DNA of 14,581 nucleotides from Minisyncoccota bacterium (GCA_041659085.1 JBAZYZ010000014.1:836-15416), one strand, 5' to 3'. Shown: positions 6,626-14,416, numbered from the stretch's first letter. A program made the numbers and translations. Notes: generated by a model from the letters alone, not told the origin.

Positions 6626-7063
6626 TTATCCTATTATCTGCGCGACCGTCGTGGTCAAAACTTTTGCGAGCAAACTCGCGCCAAGCAGTATCGCGGTACC
6701 AATAATAGTATACCAAAAAATCTGCTTGGCATCCTTTATGGCTTTTTCATCCCCCGCAGCGGTTACAAATTTGAACCCGGCAAAGATTATGAAAATAGCG
6801 GCGATTGGCACCCCCACCTTGAGGACAGCGTCGGCAATCTTTCCCAAAAAAGCCGAGAGGCTTGTGGAACCTATGGGGTTACAAAGCTTGCCCGGCTCAC
6901 AGTTTCCACTGCTCTGGGACGGGTTACTGTCTATGTTGTATGTGCCCGGGAAATTATCCTGGGCAAAAGCAAAAAACGGAATACCGAGCAACATAGCGAA
7001 AACAAACCAAACGGAGATAATTGAAAATATTATTTTTGTAAAATCATTTATGTTGCTTTTCAT
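6626..7063 (-). CDS. secreted two-helix membrane protein, same family (paralog D)
   Basis: Signal peptide ...FFAFA|QDN. Cys pair (GNCEPGKLCNP). Core IAAIFIIFAGFKFVTAAGDEKAIKDAKQIFWYTIIGTAILLGA. ATG overlaps the stop of the upstream gene (ATGA). Confidence 0.55.
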   Translation of the reverse strand: MKSNINDFTKIIFSIISVWFVFAMLLGIPFFAFAQDNFPGTYNIDSNPSQSSGNCEPGKLCNPIGSTSLSAFLGKIADAVLKVGVPIAAIFIIFAGFKFVTAAGDEKAIKDAKQIFWYTIIGTAILLGASLLAKVLTTTVAQIIG

Positions 7064-7548
7064 TTCTTTAATTCTATCACGTTAAAGCTAAGCTTGCCTT
7101 GGTATAACTCCGTTTTGGCCTGAAACGCGAAAAGTATGAACTTTACTATCAATACGGCGGCCAAAGCCACAAGAAACCCGACCACCACGTTCCAAAGTAT
7201 GCTCTTGGCCTCGTCCAAACTGCCTGAACTTGCGGATTTGAACATCATAAGAAAACCCGCCCACATAAACAGAATCACGGCAAACGGCAGAGCTACGTCT
7301 TTAAGGAGAAAATTGACGATATTATTACCCAGCGTTACCAGATCATTGAATGTGCATTGCGCGCGCGGCGTGCCCGCATCAATGCTCCTGCCGCAAGGAA
7401 TGAGATTTATCGCCGCGCTGGCGGAAAACGGGACCACGATAACCAACAACAAATAACCGACAATAAGCAATCGAACGAAGTTAAATTTCTCTGAACTTTC
7501 AGACCTTTCTCTCGTAAAAAACCCGAACGTTGTTGCAATTTTTTTCAT
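7060..7548 (-). CDS. secreted two-helix membrane protein, same family (paralog E); start placed at the internal ATG (MKKIATT...)
   Basis: The longest ORF would start at 7638 but would overlap the SBP gene by 89 nt. The ATG at 7548 sits 1 nt after the SBP stop. Signal peptide ...PFSASA|AIN, Cys pair, core FAVILFMWAGFLMMFKSASSGSLDEAKSILWNVVVGFLVALAAV. Confidence 0.5.
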   Translation of the reverse strand: MKKIATTFGFFTRERSESSEKFNFVRLLIVGYLLLVIVVPFSASAAINLIPCGRSIDAGTPRAQCTFNDLVTLGNNIVNFLLKDVALPFAVILFMWAGFLMMFKSASSGSLDEAKSILWNVVVGFLVALAAVLIVKFILFAFQAKTELYQGKLSFNVIELKK

Positions 7549-7549
7549 A

Positions 7550-8851
7550 TTAATTTTTGTTAAGCAGTTTGGCGAGCTCACCGTCGGCATTTGTAACAGC
7601 GTCATTAATCCGCAAGCGTCCCGATACAACGTTTTCAATCAATTCTTTAAAGATGGCGGATGTCTCGACGGGCGACGGATCAATCCAGCCACGGCTCATA
7701 AGAGCCGATTCAAAAAACACATTCATATACGCGTCTCCCGGCTTGCTTCCCAGTATATCGCGTCTGGCCGGCGGCAGGAAAGTCTGTTTGGCGAGTTTGA
7801 GCGCGTATTCCTGGTCCGTCATCAAACTTTCCACCCGGAGCGCAGCGGACAAATTTTTGGACCCGCGGAGAGCCGCCAACCCCTCAATTTCACCAATAGT
7901 GATCTTGGCGGACGCGCCCTTAACCTGCGGAACCGCGGTTACGTCAAAATTAAGATGCGGATTACGCTCGCGGATGCCGAACAATTCGCTCGCATAACCG
8001 AAATAAAAAGCCAAGGTTCCGGAAAGAAAAGCGTCCCGCGAATTGGGTTGCGATTTGGACCATGAATATGAAGATGTTACGGGATTGGAAAAATTGGCAT
8101 AGTAACGCACAGCTTCGTCAGCCGGTCGCAGCGATTGGCTTGAGGTGTCCCCAAATACGGATTTTAGACCGCTGTCGGCGCGCTGAACAATTTTGTTGCC
8201 GGCCTGCAATGTAAGGAGCGAAATTATGTCTTTGGCGTAATTAACATTCACAAATTCGCCAAAAGAGACCGCGCTTTTAACAACGTTCCCGGAAGAATCC
8301 TTCTCCACGAGCTCCGGAGTCATGGCCAAAAGCTCTTCCCATGTTTTCGGCGGAAGAGATATGCCGGAATTTGTGAGGCTGTCGCGGTTGAAGTACATAA
8401 CCATCGGGTCAATACGGAGAGGAAGAGCCAAAATACCCTGCGCGGTTAAGAAAATCTCGCCTTCTTCCACAAAAGTGTCTTTGAAATCCCGTTCGGAAAG
8501 AGTCGAGTAGGCAATCGGATAAATTTTATCGGAGTGGCGGTATATAAGCCCGCGCGGAAGCATTATCAGGTCCGGACCTAGTCCGGAAGCAAGAGCTTCG
8601 GTAAGGTCGCGGTCAAAAACGCTCCGGTTTTTCTCAACATAAGTAACTGAAATAGGCTTATATTTGAGGTTAAAATCGTCGATAATAGGGGCAATAGAAG
8701 TGGCCGGCACTGTCCCCCATAAAACTACGGCGCCGGAAACGTCTGAATCGCCGCCCATTTTAAGACCCGGGACAAGCCCGGAAAAAATCAAAACTGCCAC
8801 AAATATAAAGAGACCAAATACGCTTATTACAATGATTTGAAAGTTAGACAT
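7550..8851 (-). CDS. extracellular solute-binding protein, family 1 (ABC-type sugar/oligosaccharide-binding fold), N-terminal membrane anchor; no permease or ATPase in the window
   Basis: 433 aa with N-terminal TM anchor (IIVISVFGLFIFVAVLIFSGLV). Two-lobe SBP_bac_1-like features (LWGTVP, WEEL, AFYFGYASE, C-terminal helical region). Confidence 0.65.
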   Translation of the reverse strand: MSNFQIIVISVFGLFIFVAVLIFSGLVPGLKMGGDSDVSGAVVLWGTVPATSIAPIIDDFNLKYKPISVTYVEKNRSVFDRDLTEALASGLGPDLIMLPRGLIYRHSDKIYPIAYSTLSERDFKDTFVEEGEIFLTAQGILALPLRIDPMVMYFNRDSLTNSGISLPPKTWEELLAMTPELVEKDSSGNVVKSAVSFGEFVNVNYAKDIISLLTLQAGNKIVQRADSGLKSVFGDTSSQSLRPADEAVRYYANFSNPVTSSYSWSKSQPNSRDAFLSGTLAFYFGYASELFGIRERNPHLNFDVTAVPQVKGASAKITIGEIEGLAALRGSKNLSAALRVESLMTDQEYALKLAKQTFLPPARRDILGSKPGDAYMNVFFESALMSRGWIDPSPVETSAIFKELIENVVSGRLRINDAVTNADGELAKLLNKN

Positions 8852-8892
8852 GACTGATTTTCAGAATGAATCGGGAATCACTTTTGTTCCGC

Positions 8893-9423
8893 TCAAAATT
8901 TCTGAAACAAAAGCGCGTAATGATATTCCCCAGCCTCAATTTCATTATACAAAGAAAAACCCGAATTAAGAAACAGTTTTCTGGCGTCTCCTTCGGAAAC
9001 TACGTCTCCCTGCTTCGGTCCGAGTCCTCCGAAAGATTCTTTCCAATCCAAAACAAGAGCGTATCCGCGCGTCTTCAAAATCCTGGTTACTTCTTTTAAA
9101 ACTCCTTCTTTGTTTTCCACCTGAAACAACACATTGGCTAAAATCACCAACCCGACAGAGGAATCGCTAAGCCTGGTTCCGTTCGGCGCCTCGATGTCGC
9201 CCCAAATAACCTCCACATTGGAAAGTTTCTCGCGTGAAGCCGCCGCCTTAACGGCCCCAACCAGCTCTTTGTTGATTTCAACGGCATAAACATGACCGGA
9301 CGCGCCGACTCTTTTTGCAACGGGAACAGTGAAAGACCCGACGCCAGAACCAAAATCCGCAACAATAAGCCCTTCCTCAAGCGGAAGTTTTTTTGCGATT
9401 TCTTCGGGTTTTAAAAAAGCCAT
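8893..9423 (-). CDS. class I SAM-dependent methyltransferase (small, 176 aa)
   Basis: Motif I VADFGSGVG, motif II-like acidic residue (YAVEIN), and a Rossmann-like alternation pattern. Confidence 0.7.
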   Translation of the reverse strand: MAFLKPEEIAKKLPLEEGLIVADFGSGVGSFTVPVAKRVGASGHVYAVEINKELVGAVKAAASREKLSNVEVIWGDIEAPNGTRLSDSSVGLVILANVLFQVENKEGVLKEVTRILKTRGYALVLDWKESFGGLGPKQGDVVSEGDARKLFLNSGFSLYNEIEAGEYHYALLFQKF

Positions 9424-9551
9424 GTGTTTTTTTGCGAAAAATAATTTTCAGTTTTCAAATCTCAATTTTCGGTAAATTTTCGAATGAATTCGTTTGAATC
9501 ATCGGCGCCTGAAAATTCATTATTAATTGTAAATTGTTTACTGAAAATTGG

Positions 9552-12014
9552 CTAGAGGCACGTAAGAGAAGCTATGCTGTCTCCCGCGCGGAGCTTCATG
9601 ATACGCACGCCCTGTGTCTGCCTGCCGAGCGACGGCACGGAACTCAAATCTACTCTGACTACCTGGCTCTTTTTGGACATAGCGATAATTTGCGACATAT
9701 CTTCGCTTACAACCTCTGCTGCCATCACATTCCCTGTCTTGGCGGTTACCTTGGCTGTCTTGATGCCGGACCCGCCGCGTTTTTGCACCTTGTATTCTTT
9801 TATTGCTGTTCTCTTACCGAAACCGTTTTCCATCATAACCAGAAACATCGGGCCCTTGGATTCCTTTTTAACGACATCGGCTCCAATGAGCACGTCTCCA
9901 CGACCGAGCTTCATCCCGCGCACACCGCCCGCGGCGCGACCCATTTCGCGGATATCGGATTCTTTAAATCTTATCGCTTGACCTTTCTTGGTCGCCAATA
10001 TTACTTCATCGCCCTTATCCGTAAATAGCGTAGACAAAAGCAGATCGCCTTCCGAAAGTTTTATGGCAATGATACCGTTCCTGCGCACATCCTTGAAACT
10101 CTCGGCGGAAACTTTTTTGGCGGTGCCTTCTTTGGTAACCATGAGTATTGAAAGAGTGGCATTCTTAACCGCTTTCGGCATCGCCAAAATGGATGTCACT
10201 TTCTCATCGCCCCCGAGCTGGAGGAAATTCATTATTGACTTGCCTTTGGTGGCGCGGCGTCCTTCCGGTATGTCATACATTTTTATCTGATACGCCTTGC
10301 CTTTGTCGGTAAAGAACAGGAGATCGCTGTGGGTATTTGCGGTAAGGAGGTGCGTCACAAAATCCTCCTCCTTGGTGTCCAAATCAACCACACCCACGCC
10401 GCCGCGCTTCTGAACGCGGTATTCCGCAGGGTCGGTGCGCTTCACGTAACCGCCGGCTGTATAGACCAGAACGGATTCTTTTTCCGGAATTAAATCTTCC
10501 TCGGATATAACTTTGACCCCGCCTTTTATGACTTTGGTTCGGCGTTCATCACCGTACTTTGCTTTCGCTTCAACAAGTTCGTCCTTTACCACTTTCAAAA
10601 TCTTTTTGGCACTGGACAAAAGTTCCTTAAGTTTGCTTATAAAATCCTGAACTTCACTGAGTTCTTCTTCTATTTTCTTTCTTTCAAGTCCGGCAAGTTT
10701 CTGCAATTTCATTTCCAAAATCGCGGTAGCCTGGATTGCCGAGAACTTAAATTCTTTCATCAAATTGGCGTGCGCAGTCGGAGTATCTTTGGAACTTTTT
10801 ATGGTCTTTATTATTTGGTCTATGTGGTCAAGCGCCTTTTTTAGCCCGAGTAAAATATGCTCGCGTTCCAGAGCTTTCTTCAAATCAAACTCTGTTCGGC
10901 GGCGGACAATAACCTCGCGGTGCGAGATAAACTCCTTAAGCATGGCCCTAAGCGACAGTGTCTGCGGCACACCATCCACCAATGCCAAGACGTTGAAGTG
11001 AAAAACGTTTTCAAGCTCCGAGTGCTTGTAGAGATAGTTCAGAACCTTTTGCGGATGAATACCCGTCTTCAAATCTATGACTATGCGGATATCTTTGGTT
11101 GATTCGTCGCGGATATCTTTTATGCCTTCCAGTTTTTTCTCGTGGACCAAGTCCGCAATGTGGACTATAAGATCAGCCTTGTTTACGCGGTACGGAATGG
11201 AACTGATTATTATCTGGAATTGCCCGCTCTTGGTCTCAATAATCTCAGCTTCGCCGCGGCAAACCACCCCGCCCCGACCGGAAGCGTAAGCATGATGAAC
11301 TTCTTTATCGGCAAAAATGATTCCGCCGGTCGGAAAATCCGGCCCTTTTACGTACGTAAGCAAGTCTTCATTGGTTGCTTCTTCGTCGTCTATAAGATGA
11401 ATGGTGGCGTCAACCACTTCATTTAAGTTATGCGGCGGGACGGAAGTTGCCATGCCGACGGCAATACCAAGCGTGCCATTCAAAAGAAGATTGGGCAACG
11501 AGGCAGGCAAAACGGCAGGTTCTTTTTTGGTGTTGTCATAGTTGGGCCGCCACTCAACAGTTTCCTTATCCAAATCGCGGAGCATTTCGCTTGAAATCTT
11601 GGACATCTTGGCTTCCGTATAACGCATAGCCGCGGCTGAATCGCCGTCTATTGAGCCGAAGTTACCCTGACCTACGATGAGAGGATAGCGCATGGAAAAA
11701 TCCTGAGTCATTTTAACCATGGAATCATATACCGCCACGTCTCCATGCGGATGATATTTACCAAGCACCTCTCCAACCACGTTTGAAGATTTGCGGGTCT
11801 TTGCGGAGGAAGTGAGTCCAATCTCGTTCATCGCGTAGAGGATGCGCCGATGCACAGGTTTCAACCCGTCACGGACGTCAGGGAGCGCGCGCGAAGTGAT
11901 AACTGACATGGCGTAGTCCAAGTACGAAGTTCGCATTTCATGCGAAATTCCAACGGACACAATACCGTCTTCCAAAGCTCTTTTTGGGGCTATGTCCTTA
12001 TCCTTAGAAGCCAT
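9552..12014 (-). CDS. gyrA: DNA gyrase subunit A
   Basis: 820 aa. N-terminal breakage-reunion domain with the active-site Tyr region ([11 protein letters not shown]), QRDR-like block ([13 protein letters not shown]), C-terminal beta-pinwheel repeats and a GyrA-box-like QKRGGVG. The GyrA box argues for gyrase rather than topoisomerase IV. Confidence 0.93.
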   Translation of the reverse strand: MASKDKDIAPKRALEDGIVSVGISHEMRTSYLDYAMSVITSRALPDVRDGLKPVHRRILYAMNEIGLTSSAKTRKSSNVVGEVLGKYHPHGDVAVYDSMVKMTQDFSMRYPLIVGQGNFGSIDGDSAAAMRYTEAKMSKISSEMLRDLDKETVEWRPNYDNTKKEPAVLPASLPNLLLNGTLGIAVGMATSVPPHNLNEVVDATIHLIDDEEATNEDLLTYVKGPDFPTGGIIFADKEVHHAYASGRGGVVCRGEAEIIETKSGQFQIIISSIPYRVNKADLIVHIADLVHEKKLEGIKDIRDESTKDIRIVIDLKTGIHPQKVLNYLYKHSELENVFHFNVLALVDGVPQTLSLRAMLKEFISHREVIVRRRTEFDLKKALEREHILLGLKKALDHIDQIIKTIKSSKDTPTAHANLMKEFKFSAIQATAILEMKLQKLAGLERKKIEEELSEVQDFISKLKELLSSAKKILKVVKDELVEAKAKYGDERRTKVIKGGVKVISEEDLIPEKESVLVYTAGGYVKRTDPAEYRVQKRGGVGVVDLDTKEEDFVTHLLTANTHSDLLFFTDKGKAYQIKMYDIPEGRRATKGKSIMNFLQLGGDEKVTSILAMPKAVKNATLSILMVTKEGTAKKVSAESFKDVRRNGIIAIKLSEGDLLLSTLFTDKGDEVILATKKGQAIRFKESDIREMGRAAGGVRGMKLGRGDVLIGADVVKKESKGPMFLVMMENGFGKRTAIKEYKVQKRGGSGIKTAKVTAKTGNVMAAEVVSEDMSQIIAMSKKSQVVRVDLSSVPSLGRQTQGVRIMKLRAGDSIASLTCL

Positions 12015-12035
12015 AATTACTGTTTATACTAACAT

Positions 12036-12073
12036 AAATGAGTCATTTTTTCAAACAAAAAAATGACTCATTT
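12036..12073. promoter_or_regulatory. 16-bp perfect inverted repeat (AAATGAGTCATTTTTT - caaaca - AAAAAATGACTCATTT) between the small membrane-protein gene and the gyrA start
   Basis: Arms are exact reverse complements. It lies 22 nt upstream of the gyrA ATG and 23 nt downstream of the preceding gene stop. On the minus transcript it is not followed by a clean U-run. Confidence 0.5.
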
Positions 12074-12095
12074 ATGTCTTCATCCTGTTTTAAAT

Positions 12096-12407
12096 TTAGA
12101 ACTTTAGTTGACTTTTCAGCCCGGAAAAATTTCCAGAAAACGAGTTTTTAAAACTACCCCAATTGTCCTTGATAAGAAAAACCGGGGTAGCGATGTTTGG
12201 AGTTGAAGCGGAAGACTTATTCTCCGGCGGATTAAACAAAATGCTCCAGGAGGTAAGCCAAGTCACAAAAATAATGCCGGTAATGGAGACCGTGGACACC
12301 AGTAAGATGGCTCGGCGCACGTGAACGGGTTTTGAACGGAGTTTGTGCAGATAAGAAAGCATGGTATTTACACGATGCCAATATACGAATCCGTTAATCA
12401 TTCGCAC
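12096..12407 (-). CDS. small single-pass membrane protein, hypothetical; the true start may be the internal ATG at about 12362
   Basis: One TM helix (AILLVSTVSITGIIFVTWLTSW) plus a short Ser/Asn-rich tail. No family recognised. Sits immediately downstream of the MBL-fold gene. Confidence 0.35.
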   Translation of the reverse strand: MRMINGFVYWHRVNTMLSYLHKLRSKPVHVRRAILLVSTVSITGIIFVTWLTSWSILFNPPENKSSASTPNIATPVFLIKDNWGSFKNSFSGNFSGLKSQLKF

Positions 12408-12408
12408 A

Positions 12409-13038
12409 TTAGCCTTGCGGTTTTAATAGAACAATATCCCCTTCCTTCCCCTCAATATCTTTTCTCTTGACGGTATATTTATCCAATTCCTCCGCGTCTT
12501 CAGCGCTGCCTTCTTTCAGGAAAACCCTGAGAGCTGCCGCGTCATAATCCATAGGAATAATAACTTTCGGTCCGAATGACGAGGCAAGATTATAAGCATC
12601 GCGCGGGCCAAGTCCGGGGAGCCCCACCGGAACAAAAATAATATCCACACCGTCTATCGCTTCTTTTATTTCAGGTGACAAATCTTTTGCGGTAAGCGCG
12701 CCCAAAATACACATATTTATACCGTCCAGAGAAAGTGTATATATGGTATTTATAAATTTTTCACCTCCAACCTCCGCAACGCTTGGAAAGCCTTTTATAA
12801 AAATTCCCTTAACTTCATACTCGCCGGGGCCTGACAAAATAAGCGGTTTTTTCTCGCCGAAAGTTATTCCGTCCGCGCCGTTGTAATCGGGGTGATTAAT
12901 TGATATTAGCCCGACGTCGGCGCCAAAGCGTGAACCGCTCAGTTTTGAATCCTTGCCTATCGGATTAACGGCAATAACCGTATCCCCTAACTGCATCTTG
13001 AAGAATTGCTTGCCGAAGTAAGTTAAAATCATGACCAA
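12409..13038 (-). CDS. metallo-beta-lactamase-fold (COG2220-like) protein with a degenerate metal-binding motif
   Basis: ILTYFGKQ...VIAVNPIG...ADVGLISINHPDYNG follows the MBL-fold pattern (M.ITyLGhs....iliDP....aDvvliSH.H.DH), but H-x-H-x-D-H is replaced by INHPDYNG. Confidence 0.5.
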   Translation of the reverse strand: MVMILTYFGKQFFKMQLGDTVIAVNPIGKDSKLSGSRFGADVGLISINHPDYNGADGITFGEKKPLILSGPGEYEVKGIFIKGFPSVAEVGGEKFINTIYTLSLDGINMCILGALTAKDLSPEIKEAIDGVDIIFVPVGLPGLGPRDAYNLASSFGPKVIIPMDYDAAALRVFLKEGSAEDAEELDKYTVKRKDIEGKEGDIVLLKPQG

Positions 13039-13419
13039 AAGTATACCAAATTTATAGAAAAATATAAATCGCGCAGAAAATACGATTTTTTATCCCGCTT
13101 GGAAGCGACTCCCAAGAGACCGCCTTGTCTGTTTATCCCTTGCTGTTTTTAAATAAATAGGGTAGAAATCAAATAGGTGTATGCAAGGAACAACAGTGGC
13201 CAGGCACGGTGCCGAAACCAGCAAGTTGTTTTTTGCGGGAAGGAGGTGATCCAAAGCCCGACAGGCAATACTATAGGTCTACTTCATTCCGGCAGTACAA
13301 AAACAAGGAGGCTTCTATCGGGAACATAAACCACTAGAAATTCCACACCTCGGCCTTCAATGGCCAAAACCAAAGTGCGAGCCTTGGGGCCCGCACACCA
13401 GAACCACCAGTAATACTGG

Positions 13420-13450
13420 AACCCCGGCTTGCCCGGGGTTTCTTCATTTT
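13420..13450 (+). terminator. terminator-like hairpin plus T-rich tail
   Basis: Stem AACCCCGG/CCGGGGTT with loop CTTGC, followed by TCTTCATTTTT. No long ORF lies upstream on the plus strand. A 17-codon sORF (MAKTKVRALGPAHQNHQ) ends 8 nt before it. Confidence 0.4.
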
Positions 13451-13563
13451 TAAAATGGACTTGACAATAAATATATGTTGTGACAAGGTGGTAAGAAGTC
13501 AAAAGCTACGGGAAACCGACGGGCCAATGATGAGTTCAATTTCAACTTCAAAAGGAAACGACA

Positions 13564-13734
13564 ATGGCACCCGCACGCGCAGGCCCGGGGAACAATTCCC
13601 GGAGAGTAAATTCAAGGATTTCTTCGATCGCCACGATCGCTTTCGCCGGCGCCAATGGATCCGCCAACGCTGCGAACGACCAGGGCCTGGGCAACTTCAA
13701 CTGCAGCACCGGCGCCGGCGGCAACACGCCCTAG
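13564..13734 (+). CDS. candidate 56-aa secreted small protein (Sec-type signal peptide plus about 20-aa Gly-rich mature peptide)
   Basis: AAAGGAAA lies 7 nt upstream of the ATG. Product MAPARAGPGNNSRRVNSRISSIATIAFAGANGSANA|ANDQGLGNFNCSTGAGGNTP has a basic n-region, a 12-residue h-region and an AXA site. It lies in a GC-rich stretch where spurious ORFs are likely. Confidence 0.2.
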   Translation: MAPARAGPGNNSRRVNSRISSIATIAFAGANGSANAANDQGLGNFNCSTGAGGNTP

Positions 13735-14222
13735 CGCTACGGCTGGCCCGATTCGCTTTTAGCCACAACCTTATCGCGTGAAGCGATGAGTAGGCCAAGT
13801 AAATCGAGCGGCGTGTAGAAGTTCTCGGGAGCATTCGGCTGGATGTCTTCCGAGCGTAGGACCGGAGCAGTGGCGGCGATTATCGAGCGACGGGGACCTG
13901 AAATAATGTCCATCGCCCATTCGCCCACACGCGAGCTTCGGTAGAATGCCGGCATCGTTGAACGGAGCGCCCCTGGCCCATCAGCCAATAGCGCCGTTCG
14001 GGACAGCGATAGCCGACGCGCGACCGGCGGGGGCGGCGATGAAATGATACGCCCCCGCCGGAACGCGAATCCATTTTTTGTTTTCTTTTTGAGGGAGGAA
14101 ACGTTGTACCCGAGAGGTTAAAAAACCTACGGAATAACTTTGAAATTTTTTGAGGAAGGCCGCCATGAAACGCTTCTTTCCAACACCGCCCAGGCGACGC
14201 TCACCAGCGTAGCCGCGCGAAG

Positions 14223-14250
14223 AAGCCCCGCGATTGCGGGGCTTTAAACT
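14223..14250 (+). terminator. GC-rich 9-bp hairpin with a weak T-tail
   Basis: AAGCCCCGC-gatt-GCGGGGCTT followed by TAAACTTTG, 11 nt after the stop of a 15-codon sORF. Confidence 0.3.
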
Positions 14251-14279
14251 TTGTACTTGTCCGTTTACACAAATTCCCG

Positions 14280-14318
14280 CCACTTGGAGGTTGAGCCTCC
14301 AAGTGGCTTGTTTTTTTT
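14280..14318 (+). terminator. strong intrinsic terminator
   Basis: Perfect 11-bp stem CCACTTGGAGG/CCTCCAAGTGG, loop TTGAG, then CTTG plus eight T residues. Confidence 0.6.
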
Positions 14319-14416
14319 AGCCCATGATGTATAGTGTCTCCATTACCAGCGGCGCTCCCAAGGTAACCCCATCACTTTCCGGAAATACAGCCCGTGACGG
14401 AACCAGGGAAGCAGAT

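Noticed and set aside
7549-7638. Longer N-terminal extension of pilin-like gene E (start at 7638, 192 aa)
   Set aside because: It would overlap the SBP coding region by 89 nt. The internal ATG at 7548 gives a canonical Lys-rich signal-peptide N-terminus (MKKIATT…) and sits 1 nt after the SBP stop.
6549-7997. Plus-strand ORFs 6549-7085, 7136-7456 and 7557-7997
   Set aside because: Antisense to pilin-like genes D and E and to the SBP gene. They lack start-codon context and have no family resemblance.
9534-11629. Series of plus-strand ORFs (60-164 aa) opposite gyrA
   Set aside because: Antisense shadows of a highly conserved 820-aa gene, with no RBS or protein-like composition.
12015-12095. 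Specific -35/-10 assignment for a gyrA promoter
   Set aside because: Candidate hexamers (TTGAAA…TAGTAT, TATAAA) have poor spacing, so no call made beyond noting the palindrome.
13181-13249. 22-codon sORF MQGTTVARHGAETSKLFFAGRR ending in AGGAGGTGA
   Set aside because: No RBS or conservation evidence. Noted only as an alternative explanation for the SD-like 15-mer.
13150-13450. Candidate RNase P RNA, tmRNA or SRP RNA in the structured noncoding stretch (for example GGAACCCCGGCTTGCC resembling the RNase P 3' region, CCAGGCACGGTGCC resembling SRP domain IV)
   Set aside because: Hallmark motifs are absent (RNase P AGGAAAGTCCGGGC, tmRNA TCGACGGG with T-arm GGTTCGAATCC, SRP GGAAGCAGCC). The resemblances are short and could be chance. 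An Infernal scan would be needed.
13455-13781. 108-aa plus-strand ORF (Arg-rich: …RRRQWIRQRCERPGPGQLQLQHRRRRQ…)
   Set aside because: Composition typical of a spurious ORF in GC-rich DNA. A shorter alternative-frame ORF with RBS and signal peptide (13564-13734) is more plausible, though also uncertain.
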